Assembly: GCA_045628045.1 (NCBI GenBank)
Contig: JAZQOV010000002.1
Location: forward strand, 1 to 64,000
From: Bacilli bacterium
Lineage (GTDB): Bacteria > Bacillota_I > Bacilli_A > RFN20 > CAG-826
Direction: 5' to 3'
DNA: 64,000 nucleotides
The notes under the pieces: generated by a model
Database searches by the model: none
What the model saw: the letters and a program-made list of their open reading frames with translations, nothing else
Told to the model about the DNA's origin: nothing
Position numbers and translations under genes: made by a program
In this document: positions 33,390 to 42,888 of the stretch, piece after piece
Layout: every line of letters begins with the position of its first letter
Numbering within the stretch: position 1 is the first letter of the stretch

Positions 33390-33884
33390 ATGGAAAGAGA
33401 TTCAAAGTTTATGTTTAGAATTAATTCTGAACTTAAAAAGACTGTTTCAGATATGCTGGAAAAAGAAGGATACACGTTTAGCGATTTTTTAAATGCTGCC
33501 TGTATGGACTTAGCAAAAAGAAAATTTATTCCAATATACATTAGAGGTAATCTACCTAACCATTACGCAAAACAATCTGAAATTACTATTGCACTAATTA
33601 AAAAGGCTTTAGAATGTGCAATAAAAAAATATGGAAAAGGGAAAGTAAAAAAAGGCTATCTTTTTGGATCCGTTTCTAGAGGAGAACAAAAAGCAAACTC
33701 AGATATTGATTTAAGATTAGAATTAGACAAAGGGCTCACTTTGACAGATTTAGAAAATATGAGGATTGATATTTCTTCTTCGACAGGAAAAGAAATAGAT
33801 ATGATTACAGCACCTATCAGCGATTTAGATCCAACTTTTTATCAAATAATTAAAAAAGACGAGATATGCATTTATGAAAGATAG
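33390..33884 (+). CDS. RelB/RHH-like domain fused to minimal nucleotidyltransferase (MntA-like antitoxin)
   Basis: FRINSELK....ML...G.T.SD N-terminus; YLFGS.SRGE....SDIDL MNT motif. Confidence 0.8.
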   Translation: MERDSKFMFRINSELKKTVSDMLEKEGYTFSDFLNAACMDLAKRKFIPIYIRGNLPNHYAKQSEITIALIKKALECAIKKYGKGKVKKGYLFGSVSRGEQKANSDIDLRLELDKGLTLTDLENMRIDISSSTGKEIDMITAPISDLDPTFYQIIKKDEICIYER

Positions 33885-34203
33885 AGACGGATTACTAGTA
33901 ACGCTTATTAATAATCATTACAAAGAGCTTTTAGATGAACTCGAATCAATTCGCGATAATTATGAAGAATATTGTAATAATTCGATTGTACGAAAAGCTA
34001 TTTGGCTAGATGTAATGCAAATTGGAGAGAATGTTAATCAATTAACAGATCAATTTGCAGAAAAGATAAATTTAAACGATTTGAAAGGCATCATTTCGAT
34101 AAGAAATTTTATTGTTCATGGTTATGTTTATACTGATAAAGATGTTATTTGGAACACAATACATGAAGATTTACCAAAATTAATTCGAAAAATTAATAAA
34201 TAG
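33874..34203 (+). CDS. HEPN (DUF86, HepT-like) RNase toxin
   Basis: QIGENV, RNFIVHGY (Rx4H) and IWNTI..DLP motifs. Confidence 0.88.
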   Translation: MKDRDGLLVTLINNHYKELLDELESIRDNYEEYCNNSIVRKAIWLDVMQIGENVNQLTDQFAEKINLNDLKGIISIRNFIVHGYVYTDKDVIWNTIHEDLPKLIRKINK

Positions 34204-34226
34204 AGATTAACAATAGAAATTGTAAA

Positions 34227-34925
34227 ATGAGATTAGATAAATATTTAGCAAATTCTGGAATTGGTTCTAGAAGCGAAGTTAAACGCTTTATTAAAGATAA
34301 ATTAGTCAAAGTAAATGGCGAAGTTATTAAAAGCGAATCTTTTAACGTTGATGAGAATAAAGATATAGTCCTCTTTAATGAAAAAGAGGTCAAATACCAA
34401 GAGTTTTATTATTTTGTGTTAAATAAGCCGACTGGCTATGTTTCCGCGGTTATAGATAACGTTTATCCTCCAGTTATGGATTTACTTCCAGAATATTCAT
34501 TCGTAGATTTATTTCCGGTTGGAAGATTAGATGTTGATACAACAGGCACGTTATTAATCACAAATGATGGTGATCTTACTCACAAATTACTTAGCCCAAA
34601 GTATCATGTTGATAAAACCTACTTTGTAGAAGTTGATAAAAAATTAGATAAAACCTTGGTAGGTAAATTTAAACAAGGCATTTTACTTGATGGTGAACTT
34701 ACTTTGCCTGCAGATTTGCTTATTTTGTCTGATACAACATGTGAACTCACAATTCATCAGGGTAAATTTCATCAAGTTAAGCGCATGTTTAAGAAATTTG
34801 GATATGAAGTTACTAAACTTGATCGAAAATCATTCGCTTTCCTTAATCATGAAGACCTTGAATTAGGTAAATATAGAGAGTTAACTCAAGACGAAATAAA
34901 CAAGCTTAAAGAATTTGTGAAATAA
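34227..34925 (+). CDS. rsuA: rRNA pseudouridine synthase, RsuA family
   Basis: S4 domain MRLDKYL; NKP.GYVS, PVGRLDVDTTG and GKFHQVKRMF motifs. Confidence 0.92.
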   Translation: MRLDKYLANSGIGSRSEVKRFIKDKLVKVNGEVIKSESFNVDENKDIVLFNEKEVKYQEFYYFVLNKPTGYVSAVIDNVYPPVMDLLPEYSFVDLFPVGRLDVDTTGTLLITNDGDLTHKLLSPKYHVDKTYFVEVDKKLDKTLVGKFKQGILLDGELTLPADLLILSDTTCELTIHQGKFHQVKRMFKKFGYEVTKLDRKSFAFLNHEDLELGKYRELTQDEINKLKEFVK

Positions 34926-34963
34926 TTTATTGAAATTTGAAATAATTTATTTAATATAAAGTT

Positions 34964-36640
34964 ATGGCAATAAATGATTTATTAGAACCAGAACTACTTT
35001 ATACTAGTGAGTTAAAACAAAAACATAACGATAATGTCGTTAGTTATTTTGATAATCTTGTGAAAATTTCTGGTGTCGATCCAGAAGAAAATAAAAAGAC
35101 ATGCAAAGCATATTATGATGCTTGTGCAGATTTAGAAAAGCTCAATAAGAAATCAAGGAATCTTAATCTTCTTAAAGTATTATTTATAATTCTTTGTTTC
35201 GTAATTGTGGGTATTTTCTTACTTATTTTCGTATATAAACCAAAAAGAAAAGCATTAGATGAGAAAATTAAAGAACAGCAAAATCTTGTGAATTCTTTGC
35301 TCGCAAAGGCAAATCAAGAGATGGCTCCTCTTAATGCATTATTTGAGTCTTCAATTCCATCAAAGATTATGGAGACAACAACTCCACTTATTGATATGGA
35401 TCGTATTTTCGATGTTAAGAAATACGAAGTTTTACGTGACAAATATGGAATGTGGGATAACTCAGATGAAGATTCATCTACTTTAGATTTACAATCCGGA
35501 AATATCCTCGGTAATCCTTTCGTTGTTTTTAAAGAATTAAATAAGAAAATGATGATGGAACGTTACGAAGGAACTCTTAGCATTTCTTACTATGTAGGTT
35601 CAGGCCAAAATAGAAGATTAATGGTTGAGACATTACACGCTTTTGTTGAAAAACCAAAACCAGTTTATAGTACAAACACCTACTTGCTTTATGGTAATGA
35701 TGCAGCACCAAATTTAACATTCTCTAGAAATGCTTCAGAGATTAATAAACTAGATGAAAAAGGTATTGAAAAATACGTAAGACATCATGAGAAAGATTTG
35801 GAAAAAATGGCGGAAAAAGCCACGAAAAAGGGTGGAAATTACACTCCTTTAGGAAATTCTGAGTTTGAATTATTCTTTGGTGGATTAGATAGAAATAATG
35901 AAATCGAGTATCGACTTTTGTTCACTCCGCTTGCACAAAAATCGATGCTTCAAATTCTCAAATCAAAAGTCGGATTTGGTGATGACTTTAGATTTGTGAA
36001 AGATAAAGGTCTTAACCTTATCACAAGCACTCACTCACAAGGAGATGTCTTGTTCGTAAATGCTAGTGATTTTATGGGTTTTGATTTTGAAAAAGTTAAA
36101 GAGTTCTTTATTACATTCAATAACAATTATTTCAAAGCTTTGTTCTTTGACTTTGCACCTTTACTTGCAATTCCTTTATATCAACAACATAAATCACAAG
36201 AATACATTTATAAAAATAATGTTGGCTCAAACTTTAACTGTTTTGAACACGAAGTTGTCGCAAATAGGTTTGATATTTCAAGATTTAAACCGAAAAATGC
36301 GGGAACAAATGTGATTTTGAAAACTTCTGTAGTTTCAAAAGAAAAAGAAAGTGATATTGTTAATGTTAGTGCACATGCATTTGAAAAGTTTTCACGCACT
36401 GACTATGTTCCAAAACTAGGTGGTGATGGAAAGATGCATAGCGTACCTGTGCATTGGGTTGAATACGTCCCTGTCTCACGTGATGAACAAATTCGTATTT
36501 CTGACCTTGGACTTGATGATGAAGTTAAGTTCAATAAATACGGTCAAAGAGATGTTATTTACGCTAAAGGCCTTGTCTCTATAGAGAAGGACATTAACGT
36601 GGATATAGAAAAAATTAAGTCTTTTATGAAAAAAGACTAG
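34964..36640 (+). CDS. Conserved membrane-anchored protein upstream of lemA
   Basis: One N-terminal hydrophobic segment with coiled coil; SGNILGNPF, EYRLLFTPLAQ and GGDG..H.VPV.W motifs resemble the Mollicutes LemA-neighbour protein. Confidence 0.6.
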   Translation: MAINDLLEPELLYTSELKQKHNDNVVSYFDNLVKISGVDPEENKKTCKAYYDACADLEKLNKKSRNLNLLKVLFIILCFVIVGIFLLIFVYKPKRKALDEKIKEQQNLVNSLLAKANQEMAPLNALFESSIPSKIMETTTPLIDMDRIFDVKKYEVLRDKYGMWDNSDEDSSTLDLQSGNILGNPFVVFKELNKKMMMERYEGTLSISYYVGSGQNRRLMVETLHAFVEKPKPVYSTNTYLLYGNDAAPNLTFSRNASEINKLDEKGIEKYVRHHEKDLEKMAEKATKKGGNYTPLGNSEFELFFGGLDRNNEIEYRLLFTPLAQKSMLQILKSKVGFGDDFRFVKDKGLNLITSTHSQGDVLFVNASDFMGFDFEKVKEFFITFNNNYFKALFFDFAPLLAIPLYQQHKSQEYIYKNNVGSNFNCFEHEVVANRFDISRFKPKNAGTNVILKTSVVSKEKESDIVNVSAHAFEKFSRTDYVPKLGGDGKMHSVPVHWVEYVPVSRDEQIRISDLGLDDEVKFNKYGQRDVIYAKGLVSIEKDINVDIEKIKSFMKKD

Positions 36641-36653
36641 AAGGAGAAAAACT

Positions 36654-37310
36654 ATGGCTAATGAATTAGACGAAATGACAGGCCCAGTTAACGAAGAAGG
36701 TAAAGAAGCTGGCGTCATCAACAAACAACTCCCAATTAAAGTTGGAGCAGGATCAAAAGTATTCGAAGTATTACTTTGGGTTTTAGGTATCATTCCAGGT
36801 GTTATTTTCTTATTTAAGAAAATCTCTGCTGGTAAATATCTTTCACAACTTCAACAAAAGATTCAACAAGCAGCCTCACAAATTGATAACTATATGGAAC
36901 AAAGAGTTGTCATTCTTCAAAACGCTGCAAAACTCGTTGAAAAGGGAATTGATTTAGATAAATCAACATTTACTGAAATTGCTAAAATGAGAAGCGGTGG
37001 ATCAGAAACATTCACTGAACAAAATAGAGCAATTGAAGAAGTTGCAAAGAAGATTAATGTTGCAGTAGAAGCTTATCCAGATCTTAAAGCTCACCAAGAA
37101 CTTGAAGATGCAATGCAACAAAATAGTTACACTCAAAGAGAAATTACAGCAGCACGTGAACACTATAACGATGTTGTTAATCAATGGAACGCAGCTGTTT
37201 ATGAGTGGCCAACAAAACAAATCGTTGCAGCAAAACGTGGATACACAACCCGTGTTCCATTCACTGCTTCTAAAGAAGTTAAGGATAAAGCAAGAAGCGT
37301 TATTTTCTAA
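36654..37310 (+). CDS. lemA: LemA family protein
   Basis: SQIDN..EQR, VEAYPDLKA and I.AARE.YND.V..WN motifs. Confidence 0.88.
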   Translation: MANELDEMTGPVNEEGKEAGVINKQLPIKVGAGSKVFEVLLWVLGIIPGVIFLFKKISAGKYLSQLQQKIQQAASQIDNYMEQRVVILQNAAKLVEKGIDLDKSTFTEIAKMRSGGSETFTEQNRAIEEVAKKINVAVEAYPDLKAHQELEDAMQQNSYTQREITAAREHYNDVVNQWNAAVYEWPTKQIVAAKRGYTTRVPFTASKEVKDKARSVIF

Positions 37311-37315
37311 TTTTT

Positions 37316-38218
37316 ATGCAGTTAGTTATTATGGCTGCCGGAATGGGTTCACGTTTCGGTGGATTAAAACAAATTGAACCAATGGATGAAGCTGGTAACT
37401 TCCTTTTAGACTATTCAATCTATGATGCTAAAAGAGCAGGGTTCTCTTCAGTTGTGTTCATAATTAAAAAGGAATTCGAAGAAATATTCAGGAATTCCAT
37501 AGGAAAACGTGTCGAAAAACTTATTAAAGTTGATTATGCGTTCCAAGATTTAAACGATCTTCCTGAAGGCTTTAAATGCCCAGAAGGTAGAGAAAAACCT
37601 TGGGGCACTGCACACGCAATCTATGCCGCAAGAAATCTTATTCATGAAGACTTCATCATTATTAATGGTGATGACTTTTATGGAAGAGATGCCTTTATGG
37701 TCGCAGCAAACTACATTAATTCTCTTCCTAAAGGAAGCGAAGGTAAATACGCAAACGTTGTCTTTAATGTCGCAAATACAATGACAGAAAATGGCTCCGT
37801 TAAACGTGGTGTTTGCTTTGCAACTAGCTCAGGTGAACTTGATAAACTTGTAGAATCACAAATTTCACGTAATGCAAAAGGTGAAATCGAATGTGTTCCA
37901 CTTGAGGGCGGAGAAATGTTTATTGCCGCAGAAGACCAACCTGTTTCAATGAACTTATTTGTTTTTAACAAAGACCTCATTTCCCACCTTATTAAGAAAT
38001 TCCCACTTTGGCTTAAAGAACATGGTAAAGAATTAAAATCCGAATTCTTAATTCCAACAGTGGTAGATGAACTTGTTCATGAAGGCAAAGCAAGTCTTAG
38101 ACTTCTTCCTACAAGTTCAAAATGGTTTGGAGTTACTTATAAGGAAGATAAACCAGACGTTGTTAAAGCTCTTAAATCCTTAGTGGACAAAGGCGAATAT
38201 AAAGTCGGTTTATATTAA
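37316..38218 (+). CDS. Sugar-phosphate nucleotidyltransferase
   Basis: MAAGMGSRFGGLKQ, REKPWGTAHA, INGDDFYG and WFGVTY.ED motifs. Confidence 0.88.
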   Translation: MQLVIMAAGMGSRFGGLKQIEPMDEAGNFLLDYSIYDAKRAGFSSVVFIIKKEFEEIFRNSIGKRVEKLIKVDYAFQDLNDLPEGFKCPEGREKPWGTAHAIYAARNLIHEDFIIINGDDFYGRDAFMVAANYINSLPKGSEGKYANVVFNVANTMTENGSVKRGVCFATSSGELDKLVESQISRNAKGEIECVPLEGGEMFIAAEDQPVSMNLFVFNKDLISHLIKKFPLWLKEHGKELKSEFLIPTVVDELVHEGKASLRLLPTSSKWFGVTYKEDKPDVVKALKSLVDKGEYKVGLY

Positions 38219-38232
38219 AAACAAAAATCAAA

Positions 38233-38270
38233 AATAAGTGGTTAGATTATTCTAGCCACTTTTATTTTTT
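38233..38270 (+). terminator. Intrinsic terminator
   Basis: AAGTGGTTAG...CTAGCCACTT plus T-rich tail. Confidence 0.7.
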
Positions 38271-38294
38271 ATTAATTAACGTATAATTACAGCG

Positions 38295-39980
38295 ATGGAA
38301 AAATTAGTTAAAAACGAATATCAAAATTGGGTTAAGTTTGCAAAAGATGACAAAGATCTTGTAAAAGAACTTAACGAAATGTCTAAAAATGAAGACGCCA
38401 TAAATGACGCCTTTTATAGAGAACTTTCCTTTGGAACCGCAGGACTTAGAGGAGTTATTGGTGCTGGCACAAATAGAATGAATATTTACATTGTCAGAAG
38501 AACTTCTCAAGGACTCGCGAACTATGTTTTAAAACATTTCAAAGGTAAGAAAAGAGCAATTGCAATTAGCCATGATTCACGTATTAAAAGTGATTTATTT
38601 GCTAAGGCAAGTGCAGAAGTTTTTGCAGCAAACGGAATTAAAGTCTTTATTTATAAAGAATTAATGCCTACACCATGTTTATCTTACGCTGTTAGAGAAC
38701 TTAAATGCGGTGCTGGTGTCATGGTTACTGCATCTCATAACCCATCAAAATATAATGGCTACAAAGTTTATAATGAAGATGGCTGCCAAATCACAGAAGT
38801 AGCAGCAGAAGAAATTCAAAATGAAATCAAGAAAATTGATCCATTTAAGGATGTAAAACTTCTTTCGTTCGAAGAAGGATTAAAGTCAAAACGAATTTCT
38901 TTTATCAAAGGTAAACTTGTCACAAAATTCATTAACCGCGTCAAAAAAGAATCTGTTCTTGGAAAAACAAAAGTTAATAAAGACGTTAAGATTATTTACA
39001 CACCACTTCATGGAACAGGTTTAAAACCAGTAACAAGAATTTTGGAAGAATCTGGCTTTAATAACGTCATTTTAGTTAAAGAACAAGCTCTTCCTGATGG
39101 AGAATTCACTACCTGCCCATTCCCAAATCCTGAACTTCATGAAGCTATGGCACTTGGAATGGAATACGCAAAAAGAGAAAATGCTGAGCTTCTTTTAGCA
39201 ACTGATCCAGACGCCGATAGAGTTGGAATTGCCGTTAAAAACGGCAAGGATTTCCAAATTTTAAGCGGAAATCAAACCGGAATTTTGCTTTTAAATTTTA
39301 TTTGTGAACTCAGAAAAGAAAATAAAAAGATGCCCAAGAATGCTTATGCTGTTAAATCTTTAGTGAGCACAGCTTTAGCAGATAAAATCGCAAAATATCA
39401 CAAAGTAAAAATGCATTCTGTTTTAACAGGATTTAAATACATTGGTGAATTAATTAAAACAAACGAAGGAAAGAATCACGCTAAATACATTTTTGGTTTT
39501 GAAGAATCATGTGGTTATCTTTCTGGAGGCTATGTAAGAGATAAGGATGCTGTTAATGCTTCCTTCTTAATTGCAGAAATGTTTGCATATTACAAAACTA
39601 AAGGAATTTCTCTTTTAGAGAAACTTGAAAGCCTTTATAAGAAATTTGGTTATTATTTAGACAAGGTTGAATCGTTCTATTTTGAGGGTCAATCTGGCTT
39701 CGCAAAAATGAGTGAAATCATGAAATCATTTAGAAAAGATGTTTCCTCAATTGCAGGGTTCAAAGTTTCAAAAATTATTGATTATCAAAAAGGAGTTAAT
39801 GGACTTCCAAAAGCTGACATTATTGAGTTTAAACTTGAGAATGGATCTAATGTAATTATTCGTCCTTCTGGCACGGAACCAAAGCTTAAGCTTTATTGTT
39901 CAATTACGGCCCCAAGCATGAATAAGGCTGTTAAAATTTACGATCAAATATTTAAAGAACTAAGTGTTAAATTTAAATAG
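38295..39980 (+). CDS. pgm: Phosphoglucomutase/phosphomannomutase
   Basis: FGTAGLRG, TASHNP, DPDADR, FEES.G and RPSGTEPK motifs. Confidence 0.93.
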   Translation: MEKLVKNEYQNWVKFAKDDKDLVKELNEMSKNEDAINDAFYRELSFGTAGLRGVIGAGTNRMNIYIVRRTSQGLANYVLKHFKGKKRAIAISHDSRIKSDLFAKASAEVFAANGIKVFIYKELMPTPCLSYAVRELKCGAGVMVTASHNPSKYNGYKVYNEDGCQITEVAAEEIQNEIKKIDPFKDVKLLSFEEGLKSKRISFIKGKLVTKFINRVKKESVLGKTKVNKDVKIIYTPLHGTGLKPVTRILEESGFNNVILVKEQALPDGEFTTCPFPNPELHEAMALGMEYAKRENAELLLATDPDADRVGIAVKNGKDFQILSGNQTGILLLNFICELRKENKKMPKNAYAVKSLVSTALADKIAKYHKVKMHSVLTGFKYIGELIKTNEGKNHAKYIFGFEESCGYLSGGYVRDKDAVNASFLIAEMFAYYKTKGISLLEKLESLYKKFGYYLDKVESFYFEGQSGFAKMSEIMKSFRKDVSSIAGFKVSKIIDYQKGVNGLPKADIIEFKLENGSNVIIRPSGTEPKLKLYCSITAPSMNKAVKIYDQIFKELSVKFK

Positions 39981-39986
39981 AAAATG

Positions 39987-40015
39987 AAAAATTGCCGGAA
40001 AATCCGGCATTTTTT
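39987..40015 (+). terminator. Intrinsic terminator
   Basis: TGCCGGA-AAA-TCCGGCA plus T-run. Confidence 0.8.
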
Positions 40016-40140
40016 ATATGAATTTTCGGATTTTTTACTTTTTGAAGTACAAAAATCTTATAATGGTTCTCGATAATTTTTCCGATAATCTTTATTTTTT
40101 AAGATTATCTAAGTAAAATATACTCGAAAGGATTTTTCAT

Positions 40141-41370
40141 ATGGATTCAAAATATGTAAAAGAAGAATGTGGTTTTTCGTCATTAACGGTGACTGAAGAA
40201 GCATCACGTTGCTTACTCTGTCATGACGCACCATGTTCAAAAGCTTGTCCAGCTGGAACCAGCCCGGACAAATTTATTCGTTCAGTTAGATTCCGTAATT
40301 TCAAAGGTGCTGCCGAAACCATTCGTATTAATAACGTTTTAGGTTCAATTTGTGCACGTGTTTGTCCAACGGAAAAATACTGTCAAAAAGGTTGTTCACG
40401 TAGTGGCATTGATCGCCCAATCGATATTGGTCGTATTCAACGCTATGTTACAGACTTCGAAGAAGCTGCAGGAATGAAGATTCTTGAAAAGGCAAAAGCT
40501 AATGGTAAATCCGTTGGGGTTGTCGGTTCAGGCCCATCTGCACTTCAAGCAGCAGCATCCCTTGCATTAATGGGATACGCTGTTGAAGTTTATGAAAAGG
40601 AAAAAGTTCTAGGCGGTATGCTTAGATACATTCCAGAATACCGTTTACCAAATCACATTGTTGATACCGAAATTAAACGTATCGAAGGTTTGGGAGTTAA
40701 ATTCCACACCGGAGTTGAAGTTGGTAAAAAGGTTTCAATGGAAGATCTCAAGAAGAAACATGGTGCTGTACTTTTAGCACCAGGTTATTCTTATGGTAAA
40801 TCTCTTCCAATGTTTGAAGGCAACAAGAAAGTTGTCTTAGCTGTTGATTTCTTAAAAGAAGTTAAGGCAAAAGCAGGCAAAGTCAAAGTCCCAGCAAACG
40901 TTTTAGTTGTTGGTGGTGGTGACGTTGCAATGGACGTTGTTACAACTCTTAAACTTTTAGGTGTTGAAAACGTTACTGATGTTGTTTACGAAGAATTCAA
41001 AGAATTCCGCGCAAGTAAGAAAGAACTCGAAGGAGCACAAAAACTTGGTGTTACCATCATCGATGGTTACAAGCCAGTTGCTGCAAAAGAAGGTAAAGTT
41101 TCATTTGAACACCGCGTTATTAAAGCAAAGGTTGAAGTTGAAGCCGATTTAATTATTCTCGCAGTTGGTCAAATGCCAGTTGTTGAAGGCCTTGGCATTG
41201 AACTTGTCAAAGGCGAAGTTAACGAAGGCAAACCATACGTTACCAAAGACAAAAAAGTCTTTGTCGCTGGTGATATCGCACATACAAACTTTGATAAAAC
41301 AGTCGTTGGTGGTGTTCGTACTGGTAAAGAAGCTGCTTTCTATATCGATGCAGCATTAGGAGGTAAATAA
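40141..41370 (+). CDS. preT: NAD-dependent dihydropyrimidine dehydrogenase subunit PreT
   Basis: [13 protein letters not shown]...CP, ICARVCP....CQ.GC and VGGGDVAMD motifs; adjacent to preA. Confidence 0.9.
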   Translation: MDSKYVKEECGFSSLTVTEEASRCLLCHDAPCSKACPAGTSPDKFIRSVRFRNFKGAAETIRINNVLGSICARVCPTEKYCQKGCSRSGIDRPIDIGRIQRYVTDFEEAAGMKILEKAKANGKSVGVVGSGPSALQAAASLALMGYAVEVYEKEKVLGGMLRYIPEYRLPNHIVDTEIKRIEGLGVKFHTGVEVGKKVSMEDLKKKHGAVLLAPGYSYGKSLPMFEGNKKVVLAVDFLKEVKAKAGKVKVPANVLVVGGGDVAMDVVTTLKLLGVENVTDVVYEEFKEFRASKKELEGAQKLGVTIIDGYKPVAAKEGKVSFEHRVIKAKVEVEADLIILAVGQMPVVEGLGIELVKGEVNEGKPYVTKDKKVFVAGDIAHTNFDKTVVGGVRTGKEAAFYIDAALGGK

Positions 41371-41371
41371 A

Positions 41372-42619
41372 ATGGTCAAGAAAGATTTATCAATTACCTT
41401 TTTAGGAGTTAAATTCCCAAACCCATTCTGCTTATCTTCTTCACCAGTTGGTAACTGCTATGACATGTGTAAGAAAGCTTATGAAACTGGTTGGGGTGGC
41501 GTTGTCTTTAAGACAATTGGTCCAAAATCATACTTCATTGATGAAGTTTCACCACGTTTCGATAAGTTAAACAAGGAAAATACTCCATTTGTTGGTTTCA
41601 AAAACATGGAACAAATCGCAGAACATTCTCTTGAAGAGAACTTACGCGATTTAAAGAGACTTAAAAAAGAATTCCCAAATCAAGTTCTTATCGCATCCAT
41701 TATGGGTAACGACGAAGCAACATGGGAAGACCTTGCTCGTAAAGTCACAGAATGTGGCGCAGATATGATTGAAATGAACCTTTCATGTCCACAAATGACT
41801 TCACACGCAATGGGTTCTGACGTTGGTTCTAACCCAGAACTTTGTAAGAAATATTGTCAAGCCGTTAAACGTGGAAGTAAACTTCCAATGATGGCAAAAA
41901 TGACACCAAACATTACTGATATGGTGCCAGTTGCCAAAGCATGTCTTGAAGGTGGCGCAGATGGTATTGCTGCAATCAATACAATCAAATCAATTTGTAA
42001 TATCGACTTAGAAAAGAAAGTTGGTTTACCAATTGTCGATGGAAAATCCGCAATTTCAGGTTACTCTGGAAAAGCAGTTAAACCAGTTGCACTTCGTTTC
42101 TTACAACAAATGAGACAAGCTGATGGCTTACATGATCTTGAAATCTCCGGTATCGGTGGTATTGAGACATGGGAAGACGCTGCAGAATTCATTCTTGTTG
42201 GTGCAAAAACACTTCAAGTTACCACTGCAATTATGCAATATGGTTACCGTGTTGTTGAAGATATGAAAAATGGTCTTCAACACTACATGGAAGAACAAGG
42301 TGTTGATCACTTAGAAGACCTTGTAGGTCTTGCAAACAAGAATATCATTCCAGCAGAGAACTTAAATCGTGACTATATCGTCCGTCCAAATATTGATTTA
42401 GACAAATGTATTAAATGTGGTCGTTGCTACATTTCTTGCTATGATGGTGGTCACCAAGCAATCGAATGGAATGAAGAAAAACGTGAACCAAGCTGCAACA
42501 CTGATAAATGTGTTGGTTGCTTACTCTGTGGCCACGTTTGTCCAGTTCATGCAATTACACCAGGTAAGATCACAATCAAACCAGGTCGTAAATGCAACGC
42601 TAAGGATATTAAGCTTTAA
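41372..42619 (+). CDS. preA: NAD-dependent dihydropyrimidine dehydrogenase subunit PreA
   Basis: [30 protein letters not shown] and two C-terminal 4Fe-4S motifs. Confidence 0.93.
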   Translation: MVKKDLSITFLGVKFPNPFCLSSSPVGNCYDMCKKAYETGWGGVVFKTIGPKSYFIDEVSPRFDKLNKENTPFVGFKNMEQIAEHSLEENLRDLKRLKKEFPNQVLIASIMGNDEATWEDLARKVTECGADMIEMNLSCPQMTSHAMGSDVGSNPELCKKYCQAVKRGSKLPMMAKMTPNITDMVPVAKACLEGGADGIAAINTIKSICNIDLEKKVGLPIVDGKSAISGYSGKAVKPVALRFLQQMRQADGLHDLEISGIGGIETWEDAAEFILVGAKTLQVTTAIMQYGYRVVEDMKNGLQHYMEEQGVDHLEDLVGLANKNIIPAENLNRDYIVRPNIDLDKCIKCGRCYISCYDGGHQAIEWNEEKREPSCNTDKCVGCLLCGHVCPVHAITPGKITIKPGRKCNAKDIKL

Positions 42620-42628
42620 TTTATAATT

Positions 42629-42663
42629 AAAAGTGGATCGTGATGTTTCATGCATCCACTTTT
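42629..42663 (+). terminator. Intrinsic terminator
   Basis: AAAAGTGGAT...ATCCACTTTT. Confidence 0.7.
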
Positions 42664-42765
42664 ATTATACTTTTTTAAAAATTAACGAAAATTAGCTAAA
42701 AAATGTTAAAAATTTTTAAAAATTTGTAAAAAATCGCTTAATTTTATTAAAAAGTCGTTTTTCGC

Positions 42766-42794
42766 TTGCGTACTCGCATGTAAACGTTTACAAT
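42766..42794 (+). promoter_or_regulatory. gdhA promoter overlapped by a cre-like (LacI/CcpA) palindrome
   Basis: TTGCGT-17 bp-TACAAT; perfect palindrome TGTAAACGTTTACA at 42779-42792. Confidence 0.65.
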
Positions 42795-42888
42795 AATGCT
42801 GTTCTCATTATGAAAATGTTTAAATTTCGTAATTAAAATAATCCTCCATTAGGGGGATTTTTTAGTTTTTCGAAGGAAAGGAAACATA

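Noticed and set aside
33226-33492. 88-aa ORF starting MRLDKYLANSG as an intact second rsuA
   Set aside because: Homology ends after 15 codons; the rest reads through a terminator and promoter
30530-34226. Classical integron, prophage or IS as the source of the TA cluster
   Set aside because: No integrase or transposase, no RYYYAAC/GTTRRRY attC boxes or terminal inverted repeats recognised
40021-40090. CodY-like boxes upstream of preT (AATTTTCGGATTTTT)
   Set aside because: About 4 mismatches to AATTTTCWGAAAATT in very AT-rich DNA; not distinguishable from chance by eye
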